From positions 213,573-277,572 of the forward strand of contig CBDFKP010000002.1 in NCBI GenBank assembly GCA_965248865.1: DNA of 64,000 bases, read 5' to 3'. The notes beneath the pieces were generated by a model that searched no databases, was not told where the DNA came from, and saw only the letters and a list, made by a program, of their open reading frames with translations. This document shows, in pieces, positions 38,818 to 47,502 of this stretch; positions within the stretch are counted from its first letter, which is position 1; every line of letters begins with the position of its first letter. The position numbers were made by a program, and so were the translations under genes. The DNA is from Dehalococcoidia bacterium. GTDB lineage: Bacteria; Chloroflexota; Dehalococcoidia; Lucifugimonadales; JAPUKM01.

Positions 38818-39876
38818 ATGGCACAGATCATAGATAACCACGTTCACCTGCTTTCCGGGAGACCGGGCAAAGAGTACGAGCCGCCCATCTACAGGTGGCG
38901 ACAGTCCTACAGTTGGGCCTACGGTGGTGCACACAAGCCTCCCTACGAGCGTGACCCCATGGACCTGTACCCGCGGCAGGAAGAGCGGGTGTCCGACCCG
39001 GACGGCACGGCCACCATCGCCGCCATGGACAAGGCGGGCGTGGACTCCGCGGTGCTGATCCATGCCGATTTCGGCCCCAGCCACGGCGGTGGCGAGGGTA
39101 TGACCATGGAGGAGATGGCAAAGAGCTACGCGGACCTCCAGAAGAAGTACCCGGGTCGGTTTTACGCCTTTGCCGGGCCGGACGTTCGGCGCCCCGGCTC
39201 CCTGCAACTAGTGGAGAAGGCCTTTACCGAATGGGATACTAAGGGGCTGAAGGTGTTTCCAGAGTTGGGCTATTTTGTCAACGACCCGATGCTCTACCCC
39301 TTCTACAGCCTGTGCTTAGAGGCTGAGAAGCCCATTGCCATCTGCACCAACTTCGAGTCTCCCTTTGCGCGAGGACGGTACAACGACCCCCTCTATATCA
39401 CGGACGTGGTGGCGGACTTCCCCGACCTGGACGTGATCATCTTCCACTGCGGCAACCCGTTTGAGCACTGGTTTGAGATCACCCTGGCCATTGGGGGCGC
39501 GGCGTTGAACACCTACCTGGAGTTCGATGCGTGGATCCATCCAGGCCGGAGGTCGGAGGAGGAGATGGTGCGGCGGCTGGCCAAGACGCGTGACAGGGTA
39601 GGGGCCCACCGCATCACCTTCGGGACGGACTTCCAGTGCTCGCCGAGCAACTGGGGAGACCGCCGGGCTGATGATTACGTTCGGCACGTAGATTTCTGGA
39701 AGGAGCTGCCGAAGACGGCGCTGAAGTATGGTGTGAACTTCAGCCAGGAGGAGGTGGACCTGATGATGGGGCTGAACCTGGGCCGGCTGCTGGGTGTGGT
39801 GGATATGCCGGAGTACACCAAGAAGCGTAAGTATGGCTGGAGCATCCTGATGCCGCGGCCCATGCCCACGCCGTGA
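38818..39876 (+). CDS. Amidohydrolase-2 paralog 4 of 6
   Basis: Start MAQIIDNHVHL after GGAGGGAG. The 3' half is near-identical to paralog 1. Confidence 0.85.
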   Translation: MAQIIDNHVHLLSGRPGKEYEPPIYRWRQSYSWAYGGAHKPPYERDPMDLYPRQEERVSDPDGTATIAAMDKAGVDSAVLIHADFGPSHGGGEGMTMEEMAKSYADLQKKYPGRFYAFAGPDVRRPGSLQLVEKAFTEWDTKGLKVFPELGYFVNDPMLYPFYSLCLEAEKPIAICTNFESPFARGRYNDPLYITDVVADFPDLDVIIFHCGNPFEHWFEITLAIGGAALNTYLEFDAWIHPGRRSEEEMVRRLAKTRDRVGAHRITFGTDFQCSPSNWGDRRADDYVRHVDFWKELPKTALKYGVNFSQEEVDLMMGLNLGRLLGVVDMPEYTKKRKYGWSILMPRPMPTP

Positions 39877-40041
39877 GCCACGGCCAAGAGGAGAGCGGTA
39901 GGAAGGTTGTGGTGTTTCCCGCTGGGCAGACCCCTGCCTACACCTCAAAGCCGCTTGTGGTACTATAGCGGGCGGCTGCCGGAGCACTGGCGGATGCGCC
40001 CAATGCTCGACGCCAATGCGTAGATTGTGGAAGGAGTGACT

Positions 40042-41187
40042 ATGGCTAATAAGAAAGCTCTTGTTATCGGTGGGACAGGCCCCACGGGCCCGTTCGTTGT
40101 GGAGGGGCTGGTGGAGCGTGGTTACGATGTGACCATTCTGCACCGAGGTTTCCATGAGGTGGAGTTCAAGTACCCGGTGGAGCATATCCACGGGGAGCCG
40201 CACTTCGCCGAGGAGTTCCGGGAGGCCTTGGGGGATAATAGCTACGATGTCATCGTTGCCATGTACGGGCGACTGCGGGTTGTGGCCGATGCGTGCGTCG
40301 GTAAGACGGAGCGGTTCATTGCGGTGGGCGCCGGCGCTCCCCAGGACCAGCTACTCTCCATCTATGATTTGGGGATGAGAAGGTCGGGCGAGTCACTGGA
40401 GGGCACCGGCTCCATCCAGAAGCGCGTCAGCCAGGCCCGGGAGGAGGTTATGGAGTACCACCGGTCGGGCAAGTACGTCATGACCTACATCGGGTACCCC
40501 AGCGTGTATGGGCCGCGGCAGCCGGGTCCCCTGGAGTGGAGCATTCTTCGCAGGGTCCTGGACGGACGCAGGAAGTTTATGGTCCTGGATGGCGGCCTTC
40601 ACATGCGGCACTTCCCCTATGTGGAGAACTGCGCCCAGCCCGTGCTCCTGTCGGTGGACAGGCCCAAGGAGTCCGGGGGGAATTTCTACGGCGCCGCGGA
40701 GGAGGCGATGATCACGGACCGGTTCCGGCTTCAGACCATCGCCGATATCATGGAGGTGGAGATTGAGATGTACAGCTTCCCCCATGATATGGGGGTGCCG
40801 GGATGGTGGTGGGGCAACGGCGATTTCACCTTTGCGCAGGAGGGTCGGGCTCCCCGCATGGCGCACAACAACGTAGGCGTGGAGAAGCTCAAGCGGGAAC
40901 TGGGCTATAAAGACGTGGTGGACCCCGTTGAGGCCCATAGACGTAGCGTGGAGTGGCTGCTGGCCAACAAGCCGGTGCCCGGCGGTGAAGATGAGCAGAT
41001 CCTGGGTGACCCGTTCGATTACGCGGCTGAAGACGCCTATTTCGAAGCCCACGATAAGTTTGCTGAGGCGCTGGACAGGATTCCCTTTGGCGGGTACTCC
41101 ACCGTACACCGCTACCAGCATCCCAAGGAGCCGTGGCAGAAGGGTGTCACCGCACATGTCGATCGGAGCAAGACAGCGAGAGGTTAA
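40042..41187 (+). CDS. NAD(P)-dependent epimerase/dehydratase-type (extended SDR) protein embedded in the amidohydrolase array
   Basis: MANKKALVIGGTGPTGPFVVEGL (Rossmann GxxGxxG). About 380 aa. Confidence 0.75.
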   Translation: MANKKALVIGGTGPTGPFVVEGLVERGYDVTILHRGFHEVEFKYPVEHIHGEPHFAEEFREALGDNSYDVIVAMYGRLRVVADACVGKTERFIAVGAGAPQDQLLSIYDLGMRRSGESLEGTGSIQKRVSQAREEVMEYHRSGKYVMTYIGYPSVYGPRQPGPLEWSILRRVLDGRRKFMVLDGGLHMRHFPYVENCAQPVLLSVDRPKESGGNFYGAAEEAMITDRFRLQTIADIMEVEIEMYSFPHDMGVPGWWWGNGDFTFAQEGRAPRMAHNNVGVEKLKRELGYKDVVDPVEAHRRSVEWLLANKPVPGGEDEQILGDPFDYAAEDAYFEAHDKFAEALDRIPFGGYSTVHRYQHPKEPWQKGVTAHVDRSKTARG

Positions 41188-41200
41188 AGGAGCGAACGCT

Positions 41201-42274
41201 ATGGCGATGATCATCGACAACCACATTCATCTGCTCTCAGGACACGACGGCAAGACCTATATGCCCCCGAACTACCGTTGGGCCATAGCTGTGAACTGGG
41301 CCTACGGGACTCGCCAGGAAGTCCCGTACACCCGTGATCCCGCGGACTTTTACCCCCGGCAAGAGGAACGGGTATCCGACCCGGACGGCACGGCGACGAT
41401 TGAGGGCATGGATGCCGCCGGAGTGGATGCGGGGGTGCTGATCCATGCCGATTTCGGTCCCAGCCACGGCGGCGGGGAGACGATGACCATGGAGGAGATG
41501 GCCAAGAGCTACACCGATCTCCAGAACAAGTATCCGGGCAGGCTGTATGCCTTTGCGGCACCGGACGTTCGGCGCGCCGGTTCGCTTCAACTGGTGGAGA
41601 AGACCTTCCGGGACTGGGACACCAAGGGGTTCAAAGTGTTCCCGGAGGTGGGCTACTTTGTCAACGACCCGATGCTCTACCCCTTCTACCAGAAGTGCCT
41701 GGAGTACAACAAGCCGGTGGCCATCTGCACCAATTTCGAGCGCCCCTTTGCCCGGGCCCGGTTCAACGATCCCATCTACATCACGGACGTGGTGGCCGAC
41801 TTCCCGGACATGAATCTGATCATGTTCCACGTGGGTTCGCCCATGGAGCACTGGTACGACATCTGCATGGCCATAGGCCGGTCCGCCCTGAACACCTACG
41901 CTGAGGTGGACTCGTTCATGCTGGGCTTCAACGGAGCCCCCCAGTCCATCAGCGACGAGGACTCCATCAAACGGCTGGGGCAAATCCGGGACACGTTTGG
42001 CGCGCACCGCGTGATCTTTGGCTCAGATGTCCAGTTCGCGCACAGCAGCTTCGGCGAAAGGAACAAGCAGAACTACATCAAGCGGGTGCAGTTCTGGAAG
42101 GAGTTGCCCAAGAACGCTCCCAAGTACGGCGTCAACTTCAGCCAGGAGGAGGTGGACCTGATGATGGGCCTCAACCTGGCACGGCTGATGGGTCTGGTGG
42201 ATATGCCGGAGTACGAGAAGAAGCGGAAGTATGGCTGGAGCATCCTGATGCCGAGGCCCATGCCGACGCCGTAG
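41201..42274 (+). CDS. Amidohydrolase-2 paralog 5 of 6
   Basis: Start MAMIIDNHIHL at 41201; the track ORF from 40928 overlaps the SDR and is rejected. IMFHVG, FGSDVQ. Same tail. Confidence 0.85.
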   Translation: MAMIIDNHIHLLSGHDGKTYMPPNYRWAIAVNWAYGTRQEVPYTRDPADFYPRQEERVSDPDGTATIEGMDAAGVDAGVLIHADFGPSHGGGETMTMEEMAKSYTDLQNKYPGRLYAFAAPDVRRAGSLQLVEKTFRDWDTKGFKVFPEVGYFVNDPMLYPFYQKCLEYNKPVAICTNFERPFARARFNDPIYITDVVADFPDMNLIMFHVGSPMEHWYDICMAIGRSALNTYAEVDSFMLGFNGAPQSISDEDSIKRLGQIRDTFGAHRVIFGSDVQFAHSSFGERNKQNYIKRVQFWKELPKNAPKYGVNFSQEEVDLMMGLNLARLMGLVDMPEYEKKRKYGWSILMPRPMPTP

Positions 42275-42370
42275 TCTGTGAAGAGCAGGCTGCATACGTT
42301 GAAGCATTCCTATGCCCCGTTCCGGGCCGACTACGTTGGCTGACGCACGAGGCGAACGCAAGGGGAGGGT

Positions 42371-43447
42371 ATGGCGCAAGTAATTGATGCCCACGTGCAT
42401 CTCTTGACGGGGTCCCGCGGCAACGAGTATCTGCCGCCCAAGCTTCGGTGGGCAATGTGTATGGGCTGGGCCTATACGCGACAGCCTCCATGGGACCGTG
42501 ATCCCGTGGACTTCTATCCCCGGCAGGAGGAGCGCGTCTCCGACCCGGACGGATCGGCTACCGTGGCTGCACTGAGTGAGGCCGGCGTGGATGGGGCCGT
42601 GCTGATTCCGGCGGACTTCGGTGAGGCATACGGGGAGCTCCAGGCGAAGAGCATGGAGGAGATGCACTCTGACTACGCGGAGCTACAGAAAAAGTACCCC
42701 GGCAAGCTGTATGCCTTCGCGGGGCCGGACATCCGTCGCGCCGGCTCCCTGCAGCTTGTGGAGAGGAGCTTTCGTGATTGGGGGCTCAAGGGGCTGAAGG
42801 TTATGCCGCACCTGGGATACTTCGTCTCAGACCCGGCGCTCTATCCCTTCTACAAGATGTGCCTGGACTACCAGCGTCCGGTGGCCCTGTGCACCAACTT
42901 TGAGCCCGCCTTCAATCCCTTCTCCCGCGGCAGGATGAACGATCCGATCTACGTTTCCGACGTGGTGGCGGACTTCCCGGACCTGGATGTCATCATCTTC
43001 CATGCCGGCTACCCCTTTGAGCACTGGTTTGAGATCAGTCTGGCCATTGGGCGTGCTGCGCTGAACACCTACATGGAAATAGATGCGTGGATGCTGGGCT
43101 TCAGCCACTGGCCGGAGTCCATCGGCGAGGAGGATTCGATACGCCGGCTGGCCTGGGTGCGGGATGTCATGGGCGCCCACCGCATCATATACGGCTCGGA
43201 TGCTCAGTTCGCGGCCAGCAGCTTCGGCGAGGCGAACAAGGAGCGGTACATCAAGCGGGTGCAGCTCTGGAAGGAGCTGCCGGAGCGGGCGAAAAGGTAC
43301 GGAATCAGCTTCAGCCAGGAGGAGGTGGACCTGATGATGGGTCTCAACCTGGCACGGCTGATGGGCCTGGTGGATATGCCGGAGTACACCAAGAAGCGCA
43401 AGTATGGTTGGACTATCCTGATGCCAAGGCCCATGCCGACACCCTAG
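42371..43447 (+). CDS. Amidohydrolase-2 paralog 6 of 6
   Basis: MAQVIDAHVHL, IIFHAG, YGSDAQ. Tail VDMPEYTKKRKYGWTILMPRPMPTP. Confidence 0.85.
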   Translation: MAQVIDAHVHLLTGSRGNEYLPPKLRWAMCMGWAYTRQPPWDRDPVDFYPRQEERVSDPDGSATVAALSEAGVDGAVLIPADFGEAYGELQAKSMEEMHSDYAELQKKYPGKLYAFAGPDIRRAGSLQLVERSFRDWGLKGLKVMPHLGYFVSDPALYPFYKMCLDYQRPVALCTNFEPAFNPFSRGRMNDPIYVSDVVADFPDLDVIIFHAGYPFEHWFEISLAIGRAALNTYMEIDAWMLGFSHWPESIGEEDSIRRLAWVRDVMGAHRIIYGSDAQFAASSFGEANKERYIKRVQLWKELPERAKRYGISFSQEEVDLMMGLNLARLMGLVDMPEYTKKRKYGWTILMPRPMPTP

Positions 43448-43531
43448 GGTAGCAAACTGCCCGGCCCGCATTGAGCTGGAGCCGAAGGCGGCGCTGGTTA
43501 TGCCGGCACAACCGATGTGAGAGAGGGCACC

Positions 43532-44842
43532 ATGGCAACATCCAAGACCAGTGCTGGGGCCTCAGCGAAGGGTATGCTTGCGCCCTACCGGGTCCTGGAC
43601 CTCACCGAGAGCGGGTGCATGTACGGTGGTAGACTTCTGGCCGACCTGGGGGCGGATGTGATCAGGATAGAGCGGCCTGGTGGCTCCCCCAGCAGAAGCA
43701 TCGGCCCCTTCTGGCACGACCAGGTCCACCCTGAGCGGAGCCTCTTCTGGTGGGCCTACAACGTCAATAAGCGTAGCATCACCCTGGACCTGGAATCCGA
43801 GGACGGGGCCGCGATATTCAAGGGGCTGGCTCAGACGGCCGATTTCGTCCTGGAGTCGAACGCGCCGGGGTACATGGATGGGCTGGGATTGGGCTACGAC
43901 GACCTGAGCAGCATTAACCCGGGGATCATCGTCTGCTCCATCACACCATTCGGACAGACGGGCCCCAAGGCCCACAACGCCTGGAGCGACCTATCAGTGT
44001 GGGCTAGTGGTGGGCCGGCCTATCTGACGGGGCACCCGGACCGCCAGCCCATTGGGATCAGCTTCATGTACCAGGCTACGCTGCACGGCGGCGCTGAGGC
44101 GGCGCCGGCCTGCATGATCGCCCTCCACCACCGTGAGCGGACGGGTGAGGGGCAGTTCATAGACGTCTCCATCCAGGAGTGTGCCTACTGGGTACTCACC
44201 TCCTGGCAGGAGTTCTGGGATACCGCGGGAACCATCCCCAGGCGTCAGGCGGGGTTCTCCGGCGTGGGGCGAGGACATACGCCTATGGCGGCGGGGGCGA
44301 CTCGGGAGCGGCGGCAGCTCTATTCCGCGAAGGACGGGTTCATTATGTACACGGTCCAGGGAGGCGTCTGGGGTGGAGCCCAGTCCAGCAGCGCGGTGGT
44401 TGAGTGGATGAAGGAGGAGGGGATGGCTCCCGATTGGCTGCTGGAGTTCGACTGGGTCCGTGGGTTTGACCTTTCGACTATGGGAGGGGATACCCTGGAT
44501 GCGCTGGAGGAGTGCTTTATACAGTTCTTCCTGACCAAGACCAAGCTGGAGATTACGGAGCGGAGCGTCCAGGGCCACTTCATGGTTGGTCCGGTGAATA
44601 CTCTGGAGGATGTGGGGACGTATCCACACCTACAGGCCAGGGAGTTCTTCCAGGAGCTGTGGCACGAAGAGCTGGGGGCCAACGTCACCTACTGTGGCCC
44701 TGCCGTTAAGGCATCAGAGACGCCGCTGAGTATCCGACGCCGTGCGCCGCTCATCGGTGAGCATAACGACGAGGTGTACCGCCAGGAGCTTGGGATGGCT
44801 GGGGAGGAGCTGGTGGCACTCAGATACGCCGGCGTCATCTAG
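43532..44842 (+). CDS. Family III CoA-transferase, alpha-type (Asp-less), pair 1
   Basis: YRVLDLTESGCMYGGRLLADLGADVIRIERPGG. Nucleophile region reads ISFMYQATLHGGAEAAPACMIALHHRERTGEGQFIDV, with no Asp. Confidence 0.85.
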   Translation: MATSKTSAGASAKGMLAPYRVLDLTESGCMYGGRLLADLGADVIRIERPGGSPSRSIGPFWHDQVHPERSLFWWAYNVNKRSITLDLESEDGAAIFKGLAQTADFVLESNAPGYMDGLGLGYDDLSSINPGIIVCSITPFGQTGPKAHNAWSDLSVWASGGPAYLTGHPDRQPIGISFMYQATLHGGAEAAPACMIALHHRERTGEGQFIDVSIQECAYWVLTSWQEFWDTAGTIPRRQAGFSGVGRGHTPMAAGATRERRQLYSAKDGFIMYTVQGGVWGGAQSSSAVVEWMKEEGMAPDWLLEFDWVRGFDLSTMGGDTLDALEECFIQFFLTKTKLEITERSVQGHFMVGPVNTLEDVGTYPHLQAREFFQELWHEELGANVTYCGPAVKASETPLSIRRRAPLIGEHNDEVYRQELGMAGEELVALRYAGVI

Positions 44843-44871
44843 ACACCGGGGCCGTAGTCCAGGAGGGAGCG

Positions 44872-46113
44872 ATGTCAGAGACGCCGCGGGCACTTGAGGG
44901 AATAAAGGTCGTGGTCATCGGCGCTGCGGTGACCGCCCCGACCACGGGACGCTACCTGGCGATGCACGGAGCCACGGTGGTGCGGGTGGACAGCCACACC
45001 CGCATGGACGGGCTGCGGACTCAGCGACCCTTCCCGCCCGACGAGGCGCCCACCGCCGATACCGGCGTTTGGTGGGCCAACGTCAACTCCAGCACCCAGT
45101 GCGTGGCGGTGGACTGGAAGGTGCCCACCGGCAAGGGCATTATCGATAAACTGCTCCGTTGGGCCGATGTGGTGATCGAGAACTTCTCAGCCGGGACTCT
45201 GACGGCTATGGGGTTCGGGTACAAGACGGTATCCAAAGACAACCCGGGCGTTATCTACCTGAGCTCTTGCCTCATGGGGCAGACGGGGCCGTTGTCCGGC
45301 GTGGTAGGTCTGGGGACGGCGGGTATGGCCTTCGGCGGATTCGTCCACATGACCGGCTGGCCTGACCTGGAGCCGACACCGATCATGACCCAGTACACCG
45401 ACTTCATCAATCCCAGGATGGGCGCAGCGGTTATCCTGGCCGCCCTGGACCACAGGAGACGGACGGGCAAGGGGCAATACCTTGACCAGGCCCAAGTGGA
45501 GGGTGGCCTCCAGTTCCTTGCTCCCCTGGCGATGGACTGGCTCAGCAACGGGCGCTCGGCCAACCGCTCCGGAAACACGATACCGGAGGCCGCTCCCCAT
45601 AACATCTACCCGTGCCAGGGCGAAGACCGGTGGTGCTTCATCGGCGCGTTCAATGATGAGGAGTGGGACGGCCTCTGCCGGGCCATGGGCCAGCCCTCTT
45701 GGACGAGGGACGACAAGTTCAACACGGTGGCGGGGAGAAAGGGGAATGAGGATGAGCTGGATGAGCTGATAGGCCGGTGGACCAGGGACAAGACCGCCGA
45801 GGAGGTAGAGGCGGCTCTTCAGGCGGAGGGTGTGCCCTCATCCGTGGTGGAGAACGCCAGGGACGCGCGGGAGGATGAGCAACTGGGCCACCGGGGGTTC
45901 TTCCGGCAGATAGAGCACAGCGTTATCGGCACGCACACCTATCGGGGGCCGTGCTTCCGGCTTTCGAAGACGCCGGACAACCAGTTTGCGGGCCCGACGC
46001 TGGGGCAGCACAACTTCGAGGTGTGCACCATGATTGGCATGGACGATGAGGAGATTGCCGAGGCCATTATCGAGGGAGGGCTGGGCACCGAGCCTGTTGC
46101 GGTTGAGACATAG
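44872..46113 (+). CDS. Family III CoA-transferase, beta-type (Asp-containing), pair 1
   Basis: LEGIKVVVIGAAVTAPTTGRYLAMHGATVVRVD. TQYTDFINPRMGAAVILAALDHRRRTGKGQYLD. Confidence 0.85.
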   Translation: MSETPRALEGIKVVVIGAAVTAPTTGRYLAMHGATVVRVDSHTRMDGLRTQRPFPPDEAPTADTGVWWANVNSSTQCVAVDWKVPTGKGIIDKLLRWADVVIENFSAGTLTAMGFGYKTVSKDNPGVIYLSSCLMGQTGPLSGVVGLGTAGMAFGGFVHMTGWPDLEPTPIMTQYTDFINPRMGAAVILAALDHRRRTGKGQYLDQAQVEGGLQFLAPLAMDWLSNGRSANRSGNTIPEAAPHNIYPCQGEDRWCFIGAFNDEEWDGLCRAMGQPSWTRDDKFNTVAGRKGNEDELDELIGRWTRDKTAEEVEAALQAEGVPSSVVENARDAREDEQLGHRGFFRQIEHSVIGTHTYRGPCFRLSKTPDNQFAGPTLGQHNFEVCTMIGMDDEEIAEAIIEGGLGTEPVAVET

Positions 46114-46164
46114 CCCCATCGAGTATATCCACAGCTCCTCCCGTTCCATCCTGATTGAGGGAAG

Positions 46165-47496
46165 GTGATGGCGGTAGCCGATACAGTGAGCCCCGTTCCA
46201 GCCGAAGGTATGCTTACGCCGTTCCGGGCCTTGGACCTCACCGAGGGCGGGTGCGCTGTGGGCGGCAAGACGCTGGGAGACCTGGGAGCGGACGTCATCC
46301 AGATTGAGCCGCCCGGAGGGTCTTCCTCCCGCGGGATCGGCCCCTTCCTGCACGGCGACGTCCATCCGGAGAAGAGCCTCTTCTGGATGGCGTATAACTG
46401 CAACAAAAGAGGCATTACCCTGGAGATCGCCACGGCAGATGGTGCTGCGATCTTTCGCAGGCTGGTTGAGACCGCGGATTTCGTTCTGGAGTCGTATCCC
46501 CCCGGATACATGGATGGGCTGGGATTGGGCTACGGCGCGCTAAGCCAGACCAACCCGCGGCTTATCGTCGCCTCCATAACGCCGTTTGGGCAGAGCGGCC
46601 CCAAGGCCCACAACGCCTGGAGCGACCTGACGGTCTGGGCCAGCGGTGGAACGGTGTTTCTGACGGGAGACCAGGAGCATCCGCCCCTGGGGGTGAGCTT
46701 CATGCATCAGGCGACCCTGAACGGTGGAGCCGAGGCCGCAGCCGCCTGTATGATCGCCCATCACTACCGGCAGAGGAGTGGGCTGGGACAGCATATAGAC
46801 CTCTCCATGCAGGCGGTGGCCTATGGGGTCAACACCTCCACCATGGAGTTCTGGGAGACGGAGGGTGCGATACCCCAGCGATCCGACCACGGCAACGCAC
46901 CCGGCGGTGCAACCGCGCCGCCCCAGGCAGGGGGAAGTTCCGGGGGGCGGCCCGGTGTGCGCGGGAGGCAGCGGTTTTACGGTAAGGACGGCATCATCCT
47001 CTGGTCGGTGAATGCCGGCCCCAGGGGCGCTGGGAGGTCCAGCGCGCCGGTGGTCGACTGGATGCGGGAGGAGGGAGCCGCTCCTGACTGGCTGTCGGAG
47101 CACGACTGGGATGGCGGGTTCGACCTGACGGCGTTGCCGGAGGAGCGGTTCCGTGCAATGGAAGAGGCCTTTGCCGACTTCATCGGAAGCAAGACCGGGC
47201 GGGAGATCATGGAACGGGGCATCTCCCACGACTTCGTGGTGGGCGTGGTGAACAGCCCCAAGGACATCGGCACCCATCCACAGTTGCAGGCGCGGGATTT
47301 CTTTCACCGGGTTGCGAATGAGGGCCTGGGTGAGGAGGTGGTCCACTGCGGGCCACCCGTCAAGGCTTCAGAGACTCCCCTGGCCCTGAGGCGGCCGGCA
47401 CCCCGGATTGGAGAGCATAACGCAGAGGTGTACGGCGATGAGTTGGGACTGACCACCGAGAATCTGGTGGCGCTCATGTACGCCGGCGTAATCTAA
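46165..47496 (+). CDS. Family III CoA-transferase, alpha-type (Asp-less), pair 2
   Basis: FRALDLTEGGCAVGGKTLGDLGADVIQIEPPGG. VSFMHQATLNGGAEAAAACMIAHHYRQRSGLGQHIDL. Confidence 0.85.
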   Translation: MMAVADTVSPVPAEGMLTPFRALDLTEGGCAVGGKTLGDLGADVIQIEPPGGSSSRGIGPFLHGDVHPEKSLFWMAYNCNKRGITLEIATADGAAIFRRLVETADFVLESYPPGYMDGLGLGYGALSQTNPRLIVASITPFGQSGPKAHNAWSDLTVWASGGTVFLTGDQEHPPLGVSFMHQATLNGGAEAAAACMIAHHYRQRSGLGQHIDLSMQAVAYGVNTSTMEFWETEGAIPQRSDHGNAPGGATAPPQAGGSSGGRPGVRGRQRFYGKDGIILWSVNAGPRGAGRSSAPVVDWMREEGAAPDWLSEHDWDGGFDLTALPEERFRAMEEAFADFIGSKTGREIMERGISHDFVVGVVNSPKDIGTHPQLQARDFFHRVANEGLGEEVVHCGPPVKASETPLALRRPAPRIGEHNAEVYGDELGLTTENLVALMYAGVI

Positions 47497-47502
47497 ATAA
47501 CA

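Noticed and set aside
35454-39207. Very long antisense ORFs across the amidohydrolase array (35454..36521, 36299..37453, 38110..39207 on the minus strand; 355-384 aa)
   Set aside because: They mirror the plus-strand genes codon for codon and are Arg/Pro/Gly/His-rich low-complexity translations with no motifs. This is typical of GC-rich DNA with few stop codons. The plus-strand products carry clear enzyme motifs.
40928-41200. Upstream extension of amidohydrolase copy 5 (track ORF starts at 40928)
   Set aside because: It overlaps the 3' end of the SDR gene in another frame. All other copies start at MA.[VI]ID.H.H, and ATG 41201 follows the SDR stop by 13 nt.
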